From NCBI GenBank assembly GCA_046563655.1, contig CM102290.1:12090001-12154000 (forward strand): 64,000 nucleotides of DNA, given 5' to 3'. Positions 49,491 through 62,434 of the stretch are shown in pieces. The notes beneath the pieces were generated by a model, which was given only the letters and a program-made list of their open reading frames with translations, did not search any database and was not told where the DNA came from. The translations under genes were made by a program, and so were the position numbers. This DNA is from Yuukianura sp. NJ FZ-2021 (Eukaryota). Numbering within the stretch: the first letter of the stretch is position 1; each line of letters starts with the position of its first letter.

Positions 49491-49728
49491 CAAGGTTCGT
49501 AAACAAACAAAAAAAGTTTTTTCTACACCAGGTTGTTTAATAACTCGACGTTTTTAATTTTGTTAAATAATTTGCAAAATTTGCTTCGCCGTGCCTTTCG
49601 ATGGTAATGATTTGTATGTCATGTAATTGGAATTGGTGCAGAAATTTGTTTGAAGTAAGATTTTTGGAAACCCTGAGTTATTGGATAACCTGTTGTAGGA
49701 ACTACAATTTGGTTGTCAAGGAACCTTG
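49491..49728 (-). mobile_element. MITE copy 3, diverged, opposite orientation
   Basis: Its right end GTTGTCAAGGAACCTTG is the exact reverse complement of the left end of copy 1; left end CAAGGTT; TSD GTGTCAGC (49483-49490) / GTGTCGGC (49729-49736). Confidence 0.78.
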
Positions 49729-52700
49729 GTGTCGGCGTTCCAGCGTTTCGGTTTGTTCCGCCGGTACGGTTTTGGTGACAATATCGTTCCTACACGGTTC
49801 AGTTAGCTTAGGTCGAGGATGAGGCTAATGGAATTCCACTAATCTCTCCTAAGTGGGGGAGAATGGGGAAATGATCATAAAAATATCTCATGCTCCAACC
49901 ACTTTCTTCGATCAGATCAAAAGCACTAAGCCCCACTACCACCACACCTAAAGCCCTAACCTAAAACCTAAATCTCAAAAACCTAACCTAGTCTAACCCC
50001 TGTTCTGGAAACGTTGTGGGCCCGAATTCCCGAGAGGAACGTTAGGTTTTTGGAACAAAAGGAGATTAGATGGTCGGAAGATCTTTATTATTTTCCACCC
50101 GTCGCCTCATTTGGGAATTGAAACAAGAAAACAACTTACGAGATCTCTCCTTACATTTCAAAACTTCCCGCCGTCGTACTACCCATTACTTCCTCTCCAT
50201 TGGGCTTCCCCGTTCCCACGCCGCGCAAATTCTACGATTCGAAAAGCCCCATCAAACCAAAGGAGAACTGCCCATTTGTCGATGCCCATCATTGCGCCAT
50301 TTTCAAATTTCCAAAACAAGTTGTTGAACAAAAAGCTCCGAATTCTCTTTCGTGCGCCCCATTAGACTCTGGCTGGTTGAAGTGAAAGAGTTGGGCGGGA
50401 GAATCTGAAAGGCAATTACATTACAAGACATTTGGTTTTATGAGGCTCCTTGACGACATGATAAAGGGAAGGAGACACATTCTGGGGTGGACATGGACGG
50501 AGACAATGTCACGGCATGTCAGCGCCATCCGTATCTCACTGGGACGATAAAGTTTTCTGGAGGGAGGCCCCCTTTTAGGTGGAGGTCAGACGGTTTTTGG
50601 CTTGGCGGGAAACTTTGATTTGAAACGGGGGAAAAGAGTTATGGGCTAATATGCAGAAGGCGGATTCCAGCGGGCAGATTCTTGAGGTCTAATTCATTAC
50701 GCCAGTCGAGATTTTCCGGGGGGAATGTTTGGGGCGGTGTGAGACAAAGATTCATTCGCTGAGGAAGATCATTGATCTCTGGGAACAAGATCCAGTGATA
50801 AGGAGTAAAACGGACCTTCACAGTAGTAGGGCTGTGCGGAGTTTTAAAATGTCGCGGCATGTGGTCAGCTCCTAAACCCACTCGACGACATGGCGACATT
50901 TCCCAAAACTCTCCACTCAACATTCCTTTCGTCGTAAGTCACCGCCCTCGACAACCCCAACATCTTACGTTTTCTAGTATCTCACATATCCAAAGGCAGA
51001 TTTTATTGTCAAAAACCAAAAATTCAAAAAAGATTTTTGTAAAATAGTTTTTTCCTCTACTCTTTTCAACTGGTGCTATCCATGATGTGCCTACGTTTGT
51101 GTGATCTCGGGTTTTGGCAACATTTTTATTAGTAAGTTCCATGATAGTGTGTCCATAAAGCTAAATTTAGTTAGCATTACCATAAACTTACACAACATAT
51201 TTTCAAATAAGTTGCGACAACCACTATTTTCAAATTTTTGACTTCAAATTTAATCACTTTTTCTCAAAAACTGTGAAAATTTGGTCAATATTTCCAGGGA
51301 TTTCGTAAACTTAGTTTTTCTGTACCAAAAAACTGAATTTGGAAAATTTCACTTGGTTCACTAAATTATTGCCATTTTTTTCTAAATTGAAGTTTGAAGT
51401 GAATCTTGTTTGGCCAGTCGGAGGTCCCAGAGCGGTTTGAATTTTGGCGGAAAGTTTTCTGGAAAACGCAAGTTTTGTGTTCAAACATTTCGTTTGGTTG
51501 TTTTGAAATAACTGTGTAGACTAAAAGTCCATGTCCACCTTCCAGGAAGACATGGACTCACCGTTGTCCGTAACTTTTCAAATATTTGATTAGGGTTTGT
51601 AAGTTGCTCAAAAGTGGATGGGAGTTATAGTGAGGGATTGCTTAAGTGAAATTGAATTGGTGATTGGCTCCTTTCAGCGTCCTGCATGCCGAGAGGTCAT
51701 TTATAATTCACCACCCAAACAACAGACTTCTTTCATTTAAACATTTCACCATTATTCCACCACCACGCACACCCGCCAGAATTCAAATACTCCAATTTCC
51801 TGTTTCAAAAAATACATCAAACATTTAAGGTGCCCATTTTTCAATTCTGGAACACTAAACAAAACAAGAACGATCTGGGATTCCCCAGTGGATACAAATA
51901 CAAGGTGGTCAGTGACCTCTGCTTCTGCGCTCTTAGCCTAACATAACCTAATCAATCACTTTTTCTCACAACGAAGGAATGCCTTATACCATCCCATTTG
52001 TGTCAACATTAACCTAACCAAGTATGACACATTGCCAAAAGTTAGACTATGAACACACTCCATGAGATATTTGGGTTCTAGGGCATAGAAAGTGGGGGAA
52101 AGCATGGACTTTTTTTACTTCTAAATCACACGGAAAAAATGGAAGCGCGTTCGAATCCCCGTTTTTTGCATAAACTTGAATTGGGAAGACCGGAATTTTG
52201 AAAAAAAAGACTCTGTTGTGCAATTGCTAAAGAAATCCAATAAAAGGACTTTACTTTCCTTGTCCTCTCCTTTCCAATGTTATTTGGACAATAAAGGAAA
52301 TACTACGGAGGAGTTACATGTAAGAAACGGTGAGGAACGAACTTGTCATCGCCTGACATCCCTTCCTCTGCAGTCCCATGTTAGGTTAGGTATACATGTA
52401 CACTCAATGGACTTATGCATAAATTACATCCAATCCATCCCTGCCTGTCTACAAGAGGTTTCCAGAGAGGGCGGGTGGGAAATGGTGGGGGCGGGGGTGG
52501 GACTGACAGCCATTCTTCCCATGTATTATATGTGACTCACTTCAGAACACCAAATTTTACTCAAAGGCGGGTAGCCAGGATAGGATTATCCCACGGCAGG
52601 AGGTTTTCCCACCTTTCCCTTTTTTGAAAAAAAAAAGTTTTTGAATTTTTGGTGGGAAAAGACTTTCTCTTTTCACCTATTATTTATTCGGCAGACCCTC

Positions 52701-55642
52701 GTCTGTGACATGGTGTCCAAAAATAAGTGGATCTATGAAAAGAAGTTCTACTTTCAACTTTCTCTTTCACTCTATAAGTGCTATAAGGTTGACTAGAACC
52801 TAACGTTAGGCTTAACCTAACGTAATCGTTCAGGTTAGGCTAAACCTAACGGTTCCTAGAATCGCCCATCTTACATTTAACTTTCACTAAAAGTGTCAAA
52901 GTGGGGGTGGTCTGAAAAAAAGAACAGCCAAAGTTGGTAGGGATTTTCCAAGTTTTGGGGAAGAAGGAAGTAGAGGGAAAAAAAAAGTTTTTTCAAGTTT
53001 TGGCGCGTGGAATTAAAAATTTAAGGAAATTTTTCTCCATTACTTATCCTAGCCAAGGTGGCACTTGGAGAGGCCTAGAGGAAAAGTCTACTTTACACCT
53101 CTGTGAACACACACAAAATTGTTGGAGAGAAAATTGAATTTGGAATGGAACGGAAAAGGCGCGAAGGTCTGAAGAGACTTTTGAATTGCTTTTCCATCGT
53201 CCGCCTAAAAAGCATAGGAGAAACCATGGTTGCTTTCTCTGGAGGTCAAAATTAAAAATAAATAAAAACAGGTTGTCGGAGTCTTTACGACCGACTAAAT
53301 TTTACTTTAGCACAGCCAAACAGGACATAAAATAACGAACAGCGCTTGTTTCAAATCACTGCTCAACTGCTGTACAAAATCGCAGCATTTTAAAGCTAAA
53401 AGCTTCAATATATTTCTGATTTTGCGGCAATTAAAGCAGCGCAACTGAAAAAATCAAGTTTTTAATAACCCAAAATTTTTACAAAATTTTTACTCGAATT
53501 TAAAGAAATGTATTGTTGTGACTATCGATTCTCTTTTTTTTTGACAACTCCACGGTTTGTATGCACAGTCTGTATGAACACGTTAGCATAAGTTTTTAAA
53601 AAAACGTCTATTCAACCTAACTTTTTTTTAAAAAGAAAGTAGATGGTGTTGGTTTCTCACTTATGTGAGGTGGGATCTGGTGGAGATGAGTTAAATGGAT
53701 TGAGTTAAAGGGAAGTCTGAGTTAATTAGAGTTAGGGAGTTAGAGGAGCTTAGGTTTCGTGGGTGGTGGGTGAGGGAAGGCTAATTGTAAGTGGTGGTTG
53801 CGGTTGTGTCCATCTCCATCTGCGTCTCCTAGGTAACCTCTCCTCCGAGTGTCTAATTTCTCTCGTGTCATGTGGATGGATGGTCCGTGAGTCCAATCGA
53901 TTGAAATACTAAAGCTAAAAGAAGGACTCACTTTTTGGATCGAAGATCGACTGGGAGTAGGGAGGCTGTTGAGGAAGAAGTAGTATAAGGTTAGGATGTT
54001 GGATCGCAGGAAGTTTGCGATCACTGTGAATTAGGAAGCGAGTCAAAGTAAGTGCACCTTCCCCTAATCGATCTCCACTTTCTTCTTCATGCTTTCCCCA
54101 ACAGGAGATGCATCATTTCTCCCCGTCCAACTTCCATTCAGAGCACAATTTTCAAAGTTTCCGCTTCCCCTCCATCATTCCCCCACCCCTCCCCTCCTCT
54201 TATTATCATAACACTCACTTTGGCCAGATTCACTTTCAGCCTCAATCCAGCACAGCTCAAAATGAGTCATGGAGAAACGCAAAGTTAGGTTTCAGGCAGA
54301 AGTTGGTCCAACTTTCCAGCTGAATCGGTCGCACAACTCAGCTAGCTAGCTGGATTCAGTCGCAGCTTCTCAGTTTAGAATTGCACATCTTCCAAAGTAC
54401 TTTTTCTATCTTTTCTTGAAAGAAACAACTGTTGCTGGTCATTCCGACGTTGGGGCGCGCAAGACTATCTTTCGTTCGTTCTTCGTAACACATTTTGATG
54501 GTGGAGGCTGCTGGAGAAAGTTGGGGAAGTGAAAGTGCTTTTTCCTCGAGCGAAGGTCTACACAGATTCAAAGTCGATTATTTCGGCACTCGCTGTGCCA
54601 AAGGTCACATTCTTCTCTTTGGGGAATATGACATGCAATCAGCTGATTCTGGCAATCAGTTCACAAATTCCATCTACATATCTTTAAAACGGAACATTCC
54701 CTCGCAAATTTTCGCGCGCCAAATTGCAAACCAATCACTCTGCTAGCAGTTCAGGTCAAAGGTTAACCTCTCCCAGGGAAAAGGAGAATCTTGTAGTCAG
54801 CTGATACACGGTTTCACTTAACCAATGAACAAAACGTAATCTGGCATTCTATTTTTTTTCTAAGTTTAGGAATCTCCGGTTGAGGTCAAAGGTCAGCAGT
54901 TGTTAAACAGTGAGAACATGGAGTTATTAAGTTAGCGGAAATTTGCAAATTAGGCATAGTCGGAACGCAATTTTCATTTTTGTCCGAGGGTGTCTTAGGC
55001 TTGACTCAACTTTAGCTATGAATTTGTGACCTCTGTCGGTAGGGGTCACCGGACATGGTTTGAATTTGACAGAATATAAATTTGCGGTTGAATTTTTACG
55101 AGTTTGGATTTGAGAAGATCTGCGTAGAGAGAAAATGGGTCCCTTCGGTCGGAGTCTGTCGGTAATGGATGAGGAGGATTCAATGGTTTGAATAGAAGAC
55201 ATAAAATGAAATGGGTTTGTGCCCAAATTTACACGGCCTTCGCACTCTCTCAAAACCAAATCTTCCCGCCTTCGTCTTCTTTGTCTTTAGAGGCAGACGA
55301 AGAAAATGGATTCGAAAGCCTCCAACGGAAGTGTCTTCCTCAGCTTCCTCTTCCTTCAACATGGCTCCGAGGAGGCAATTTCAATTAGCTTAGGTTTAAA
55401 TGCTCGAGCCAAAGGAACCTTCCGTATCAAGTTGCCCCAGACAGGAACAGAGATTTATTACACGCTTTCTTCACCACTTTCCACTCCCAGAGACCAAAAC
55501 TTCTCCGTTTAAATGTTTCCCGCCATCCTGATTTCTGGCGTACCGTTCCAACCCCCTTTGCATTCTAATTAAGTTTTGCCCCAATTTCACTCGCCATTTC
55601 CCTTCACAGTCTCCACTTTTCTTAACTTTTGCGTGACAAAGT

Positions 55643-56110
55643 CCCTGTTCACAAATTATTGGCAAATTTCTTAGCCTGCGTGCACAAAAGTATTGACAAA
55701 TTTCTTAGATCTGATTGTCTGGAGAAAAAAATTCACAAATTTCTTATACTTTGGATCTTATACGCAGAATCTTGCCTTTTTTCAAAAATATATTGGCCTA
55801 CTTTTCAAAGTTATGTACTCGAAATATTATCAAACTTTTCTCCCAATGCACAAAACATTGAGGAATTTGTCAGCCGTCGTGCATAAAATGTTGATAAATT
55901 CCGAAGAGCTTGGGGAAATGCACAAAATATTGGCAAATTTCATGCACAAAGTACAGAGTATATTGGCAAATTTTTGCAAACCCGTACAAGAAATATTATT
56001 AATTCTAATTCTGTAGGTGTTGTGCAAAAATTTCTCAGCTAGTACGCAGAATATTTGCAAATATTTCAGCAAATGTTCCTCTGCTCAAAATGCTAGCGAA
56101 TTTGTCCCAG
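55643..56110. repeat. Degenerate ~35-bp tandem array (GCACAAAATATTGGCAAATTT core), probable transposon-derived relic
   Basis: Recurrent CACAAA(A)TATTG(G/A)CAAATTT-like cores, e.g. near 55650, 55683, 55921, 55954 and 56046. Confidence 0.7.
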
Positions 56111-59100
56111 TCGTTCTAGTTGCTGGAAGAACACTTTACTTTCTTCGATCCTTCAAGAATTCTCCAGCCGGAAAGCTCATCGCTCTTTAAAGACACTGGA
56201 GAAGGAAAACCCGGGTTGTTCTAAAAAGCTCTTACGTTAGGCTGACCCACTTTTCTAAAAAAGAATTTGAATTTGGCGACCCAGTTGGATTTCATTTGAA
56301 TTTTATGGTCATGGAGAGGACATTGCCAGAGGGTGACGACGTCTTCTCACAAACTCAGACTTTCCAGAGTACTATATAGTCAGTCCATGCTCATGCGTCC
56401 TCCTGTTTTCTTTGAACTGTCTCCTGAGGCTTCCTATCCATCCTATTAATACAAAGACCTGTGAAGAGATTCAATTCAATTCAAAAGCGGCCTACAAGCT
56501 TTCAGCTTGATTGAATTTCCTGCGTTGCTAAGCAACCCCTTAGTCCAACACACCAGAAGTACCCAAGGACTTTTGAGCAAAGTGTAAAGGCTCATCCTTC
56601 ATCTTCCAAGAATGGACCTGCATAGTTCCCGCCATTTCCTTCCGCGTTAGCCTTTGCTATGCTAGGTTCCCCAACTTACCTTGTTCCAGATTGCAATTAG
56701 TGGAAGTAGAGTTTCTGCAAGATGGATTTCTTGTAGGGAAAGCGAAAGCGGTTTTTTTTTTGTTGAACTCGAGCTGGGAACGCGCGGTGCGGTTTTTTCT
56801 TTTGGATTCCAACTGGGAAACACCGCTGCGGTTCTTTTTGGTTGCTGCAGAAAGCTATGGACACCTCATTCGCGGTTTTAGTTCTGTATGTGGTCTAAGT
56901 AGTACGACTCTGCCTAAAGACAACTTGGACACTTCTGGACGGAAAATTACGGACGGTTGTAAATGACGTTCTTAAGTTAGGATGCACGTTCATGGCGTTC
57001 GGTTACTGTTTCGGTCCAGTAGTTTTCAGCCTAGGAGCAAAACATTACTTGACACTTTTGCACGGAGAATTATGGACTGTAGGTACTACGACTTTTGCTA
57101 CTTTTTTTAGTACTAATGAATGTTTTTTGGTTAGGCAATAAGTGTTAGTAGCAGTCCGGGCAGTGAAAATCCGTCCTTAAATAAACATTTCGGTGCATAA
57201 GTTTCCGTACGTAAGAGTCCGGGAATGGAGACGACCAAGACTAATGGCAGAGTTCCATTAGGAATTCCATCGAATTCAACTCAGGAATTCGTTAGCAAAT
57301 CAGCAGCAGTTCCTCAGCAGAGCTCATTCCCCGAATCCAAAGCTTTTGAAGGAAAAGAGAAACAAGTCTCAAAATAAATTGAACTTAGAAAAGAGCGGGA
57401 AATTGAAATTTGAACATGGCGGGCTCTCTCTCACCTTCCCTCTCAAGTTTCATACTGTGCTCCATTCCTTTTGTGTTCCAAGCATTCCAGGTTAGGTACA
57501 ACACAATTGGTTAGTTTTGGATTTAGAGTAATCCGGACTCCGTCTCTAGGTTTCCATGGTTTCCGTAGTCAAATCCCATTATGTCCCAGATGGATCCTGA
57601 GGTTGAGATCAGACGGAAAGGAAAATTCAAAAGCTCAGCAGCCTCTCCTCATCTAATAAACAGCCAAATCTCAATTCATCTTCATTTCCTTTTTCCCGCC
57701 GAAAAAAGAGAGAGAGAGTGAAAGTATAGGTTTAGGCTACCCTTTAAACTGTGAAAAAAAAATATAGCGAGCTGAAAAACTTCTTTTTCCTGTTCATTTT
57801 TCTAAAAATTCAGACTCAATTTGAAAACCCTGCTGTTTTCTTTTTTTTTTCTGACTCTTCCACCTTTTCGTTTTTTTCAGGAGCAGTATATAGGAAGGTT
57901 AGGTTTTTTCCAAGTTAGTTTTTTTTTGTGTTTGTTTGGAGATTTGAAAATCCCGCTCAAGTTCTGCAAACCTCCTCCCCCGCTTCGTCCAATTTGAACA
58001 ATCCGAGTTCATTTATTCATGAAAGTCTACGCGAAAGTCGACTTTCTCTTTGCCTTTCTCCAGCGGCCTAATGTCCAATTTGCTTTTAATGTAATATTTC
58101 CCCTCCATTTTCTACGTTTTTCCTCAGCACCATTTTTCAAACAAAAAGTGCAGGAAAAGTCTTCTTGCAAAAGCAAAAACGGCTTGACTTAGACTTGGAA
58201 TCTACTGGGAATTGAACTCCAAAAGTCGCTCGCGCGAAAGTTTACTAGACTAGGCTATAAGACTAAGAGAAGGAGAGTCCCTGTTACTTAATTCCCTGCT
58301 CGTCATCAGTCATAAGGCGGCGGGAAAATTCAAATATTAATGCACCACCACATTAGGCAAAGACTTTCTCTAAATCGATTTTCAAAAGAAGCTTTCCCGC
58401 CTCTCCCTTTACCGCTACTCCTGCTGCTGCTACGGGAAGCTAAACTTCCTGGATAATAAAAACAGGCATTCCAGCCATCCATTTCCAGAAACAAAACTTT
58501 AATTCAAACTACCCGCGCCGTAATTCAAACTTCCCGCGTAGTTTCTTTAGCCTAACTTGGCAACTTTGCTACTTTAGCTCACAGTATACTGCGATAGTTT
58601 CCAAAGATTTGGTCTTACATTGTTTCCGTAGTAACAAAAGTGACACGGGGTGTGAGCTGGGTCTGCGCATGCGTCGGGGCAACTATTAATGCTAATGGCA
58701 GGAGAGAATAAATTAGACATTATCAAAGTCATAATCATAGAGGAAGAGGCAGAGGTAGCAAAAAGGGCGGCCCAGTTCATGGAGCCAAGATAGCCTCTTG
58801 CGTGGGGCGGGCAGGTTTGAATTTGCATGGAAGGAAGGCATAGGGCCCTATCGTGTGCAGAATCAGTTCCGGTCGGATCCCTCCATTTGGCCATTAGTTC
58901 GTCATTATAATAATTTCGCCAAAGCCGAGCCGTTGGGCTGGTTGCCAATCCTTAGCACGTTGGCCGCGGGAACGATTCCAGGTGAAGGCAGGAGAAAAAA
59001 AAACAAGAGAGGAAGTGCGAAGACTTTGGACAATGGGCCACCAGAGGGCTCCGCTGGAAGGAAATGAGAAAAGTGGCGGCACGGGAGAAGGCGGGATGTC

Positions 59101-62100
59101 CATTAGATTCAAAAATTCAAAAACTAATGCATTCCTTGTTCGTTTTAGGCTAGACTTAACGTTAGGTGAGGCTGACGTTAGGCTAGGCTAAGCTAAAGTC
59201 TATGAAAAGAGTTTAGCGTAGTACTAACTCTTCCGTTTGTGCGGGAAACTTGAATCAGGGCATACAAAAGTCCAGAATTTCTGACTTCCAGAAAGTTTTC
59301 TTGTGTTGGACTTTTGTTCGGTTGATGGAGGAACTTGGTTTGGAATTATCGAATTATTCCACTTCCTTCCCGCCCTTTCAGCAGCCGAATCCAACTGGAG
59401 CAAATGAGCTTGTACAATGGAACTCTAGTTTGACACACTAACCACACAGTCTTCCTTTAGTCCCCACCAATTGTCCAAAAACTGTGTCCAAACTTTCCCC
59501 ACGTTCTTCCTTTTTGCAACAAAAGTCAAACAACTTTCGTGTCATTTTGCAAAAACGGGAGAAAGAAATCTTTTCGGGAGTAAATCTACAAAATCTAACT
59601 TAAACCAGTCCATAACTTTCACTTTCAACCTAATCTTAGCCTATCTTGGAGCTTTCCCTAGCCTAACCAAAAACAAAACACAGAAAACTAAGTTTTGTGA
59701 AGACTTTGAAACTTATAGTTCGCGTTTAGCCTATGATTTTCCGAAAACTTTTAAATTTAGATTCGCGTTGCAGCTTGACCTTTGAAGGTTAGGTAGGTTT
59801 TGCTTTTGCGAAAAGTTTGAAGGCCAGTTTAGCTTTTTTTTTAACTTCCGCTTTCTGCAACGTTTTTTACAGTTAAACTTTGGCTTAATTTTGCAAAACG
59901 CTTGGGAAGTCAGGTATTTGTTCGGTGAAAATTTTAACTCAAAATTTAACTTTTTCGGTAAATGTTTTGGTTATGTTAGGCTGGTTGGTTATGCTTTAGG
60001 GTTGGAAATGGTCAAATTTTAGTATAGAGAAAGTTTGTTCGTGAAATTTTTTATGTTTTCCAAACACCCACTGGGTTAGGTTTTTGCTAAGGTCGCGTGT
60101 GAACCGTGTTTTCTCAAGAACCAAACGGTAGTACATGCTTTGGCATGTTTTCTGTGCTAAAAAGTGCAGGATTTCAATAAATCAGGGGCTTTAAGTTTTT
60201 ACAAACCTTTTGAGAGAGAACATTGTTTGCCAATTTTTTCCACTTTGCCAAAAAAAATTGCAAAACTTGGTAAAAGATTAAGAACTATGTAAGTTTTTAT
60301 TTTACTTGCAAACTACTAAAGTGTGTAGGGGAAGAAAAAAGTTTGTCGTCAAATGAAGAACTGAATGAAAAGTAATTGGAACTTTTTTTCTTAAAAAACA
60401 GTTTTCTCGTCTTTTTCAAAAAAAAAACTTTGTTTTTCAAAGTTTTTTTTTCTTCTTACTCTTCCTTCTAAAAAAAAGGAGAAAATGGTAGTTTGTATAC
60501 TCTAGTGGAGGTAAATTCTCTTGTGGATAGACGTTCTACTTTTCAAATAGAAGCCGGGAGCAGGTTCTAGTTTGACTTTTGGTTCTGCGTTGGCGCACTT
60601 TGTAGCGCCATTTGAACAAGTCATTTTGGGAGGGAAGTTTGAAAAGTAAGACTTTGCTACCAAATTAGAGCCTATTATTCTACGGACTCTGTCCATTTTG
60701 AACTTGGCACAACAAAGACCACTTCACTTTCCTGGAACGAACTCTGGAAGTAAACAAAAGTCAAAAATAAATATTAACTTTTGTACCGTAACAAAAACTT
60801 CCAGTTTCATGTTTTCCAATTCTTGAATTTTTAAAATGACCCCACTTTTCATGAACTTTCAGTTGGAGCACTGCAAACCGAGTTGTGCGGGATGCAAAAT
60901 TTGGATTTAGTGAGTTACAAGTTAGGCCAACGTTAAGCTGTTTTAAAGATTAGTTCCGGTCTTGCGGTTCCAGTTTCGAATTTAGATTTTGGTTTTTTCT
61001 TAAAAATTTTCGTCAATTTCCATGGTGGTTTATGATTCATAGAAAAATTTTTTGCAAAAAGCTGTTATAGATAAATGACCGCACCCAAAACTAAGTGCAT
61101 CGTCTAAAAACTGTGAGTTGGCGGGAATTTTTGAATGTCTAAATTTCCCCGTTTATAACATGGGAGAGAGTCAGGATCTTCGTAGAAGTTTGCGCCAACC
61201 ATCATCAATCTACATTCATAAAATCTAATGGAGCCTAGCAAATGGCACTGTGAGTCACATCTCCATAATGCTCTATTTCCAGTGGCAGGGATATCGGTGG
61301 TGGTGCAGGACTCTAAAATCTTTACAACTCCCGGATTCTCCATTTCCCAGTCCAAGTGAAGCGGGAATTGAAATGTTTGGTTGTTTAAGGAGTTCCCACC
61401 AAAGTCCAATATTCGTTGGGTGGCGCGTGTCAAAGGGTCCCTTGAGTGACAGGGTCTTTATTTGTCTTGGACTTGTTTGTGGTTCCAGAATTGAGTTCTT
61501 TGGGCCCTTGTTCTGGCATGCCGTGTGGTTCACTTTGAATGCATCAAGGGAACTCTTGCATAGTATGCTCTCCGTTTATTTGGAAAAGATGAAAGCGATT
61601 GAGTTATGCAAGTCAGACGCTTTTTGGTGCTTCGTCGTCGTGCAGCGGAGCACAAGCCAGAAGGGACTTGACTGTTGACTGGAACATGTTGAGTCACATT
61701 TGGCACCAATATGGACCGTGCAACTCAGTCACCCAGCACAATTCAAACGTTCCCGCAGAATCTCCTCTTGGTTTACTCCTGGAATGAAATGAAATCCAAA
61801 ATCAAACACGATTCTCAAATTGCTGCCGGTTACATTTGTATTTCGGGGTTTCAAATAGTTCCAAATAGGTTATGCCGGAGTTAGTCTAAAATCTAATATG
61901 TTTTGAACGCTTCAGGTTAGGTTTTAAGTCGATTCCTGGAGTGTGTGATGTTCCAAATAGGTTTAGACTTATACGTTTGATGCTCATGTTCTAATTGACC
62001 TCAGCGAGGCAGAATTCCTTTCAAACATGCCCCTGCCCATCCCTTACCATGTTCAGTTTTGGGGCACATTTTAACTTGAACATGCTCAACAGTTGGACTT

Positions 62101-62250
62101 TGTAACACTCTCTGCATACAAAGACTGTGGAGCCGGGAGCCATTTTCAAATGTTCCCACATGTAATCAAGTTGGAAGGGCACTTTTTGACCTGTTTCTAA
62201 TTCATTTCGTCTCCTAAATCAACGCGGTTACGGCTCATCGTGACCTCTCG

Positions 62251-62434
62251 GACGATTTACGTTCAAAAAAGAAATTAACCACTCAAAAACGACGTTTACC
62301 GGTCAAAACCGACGTTAACCGCTCAAAAAAACGTTTTCGTTAAAAAAAAACGACATTTACGCTAAAAACGACGTTAACGCTCGAAAAGCGACGTCTGCGC
62401 TTGAAAAACGACTTTCACACTCTCAAAAAGCGTT
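62251..62434. repeat. Degenerate ~20-bp minisatellite (AAAACGACGTTAACCGCTCA-like, roughly 8-9 units)
   Basis: Successive units such as CAAAAACGACGTTTACCGGT, CAAAACCGACGTTAACCGCT and TAAAAACGACGTTAACGCT. Confidence 0.85.
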
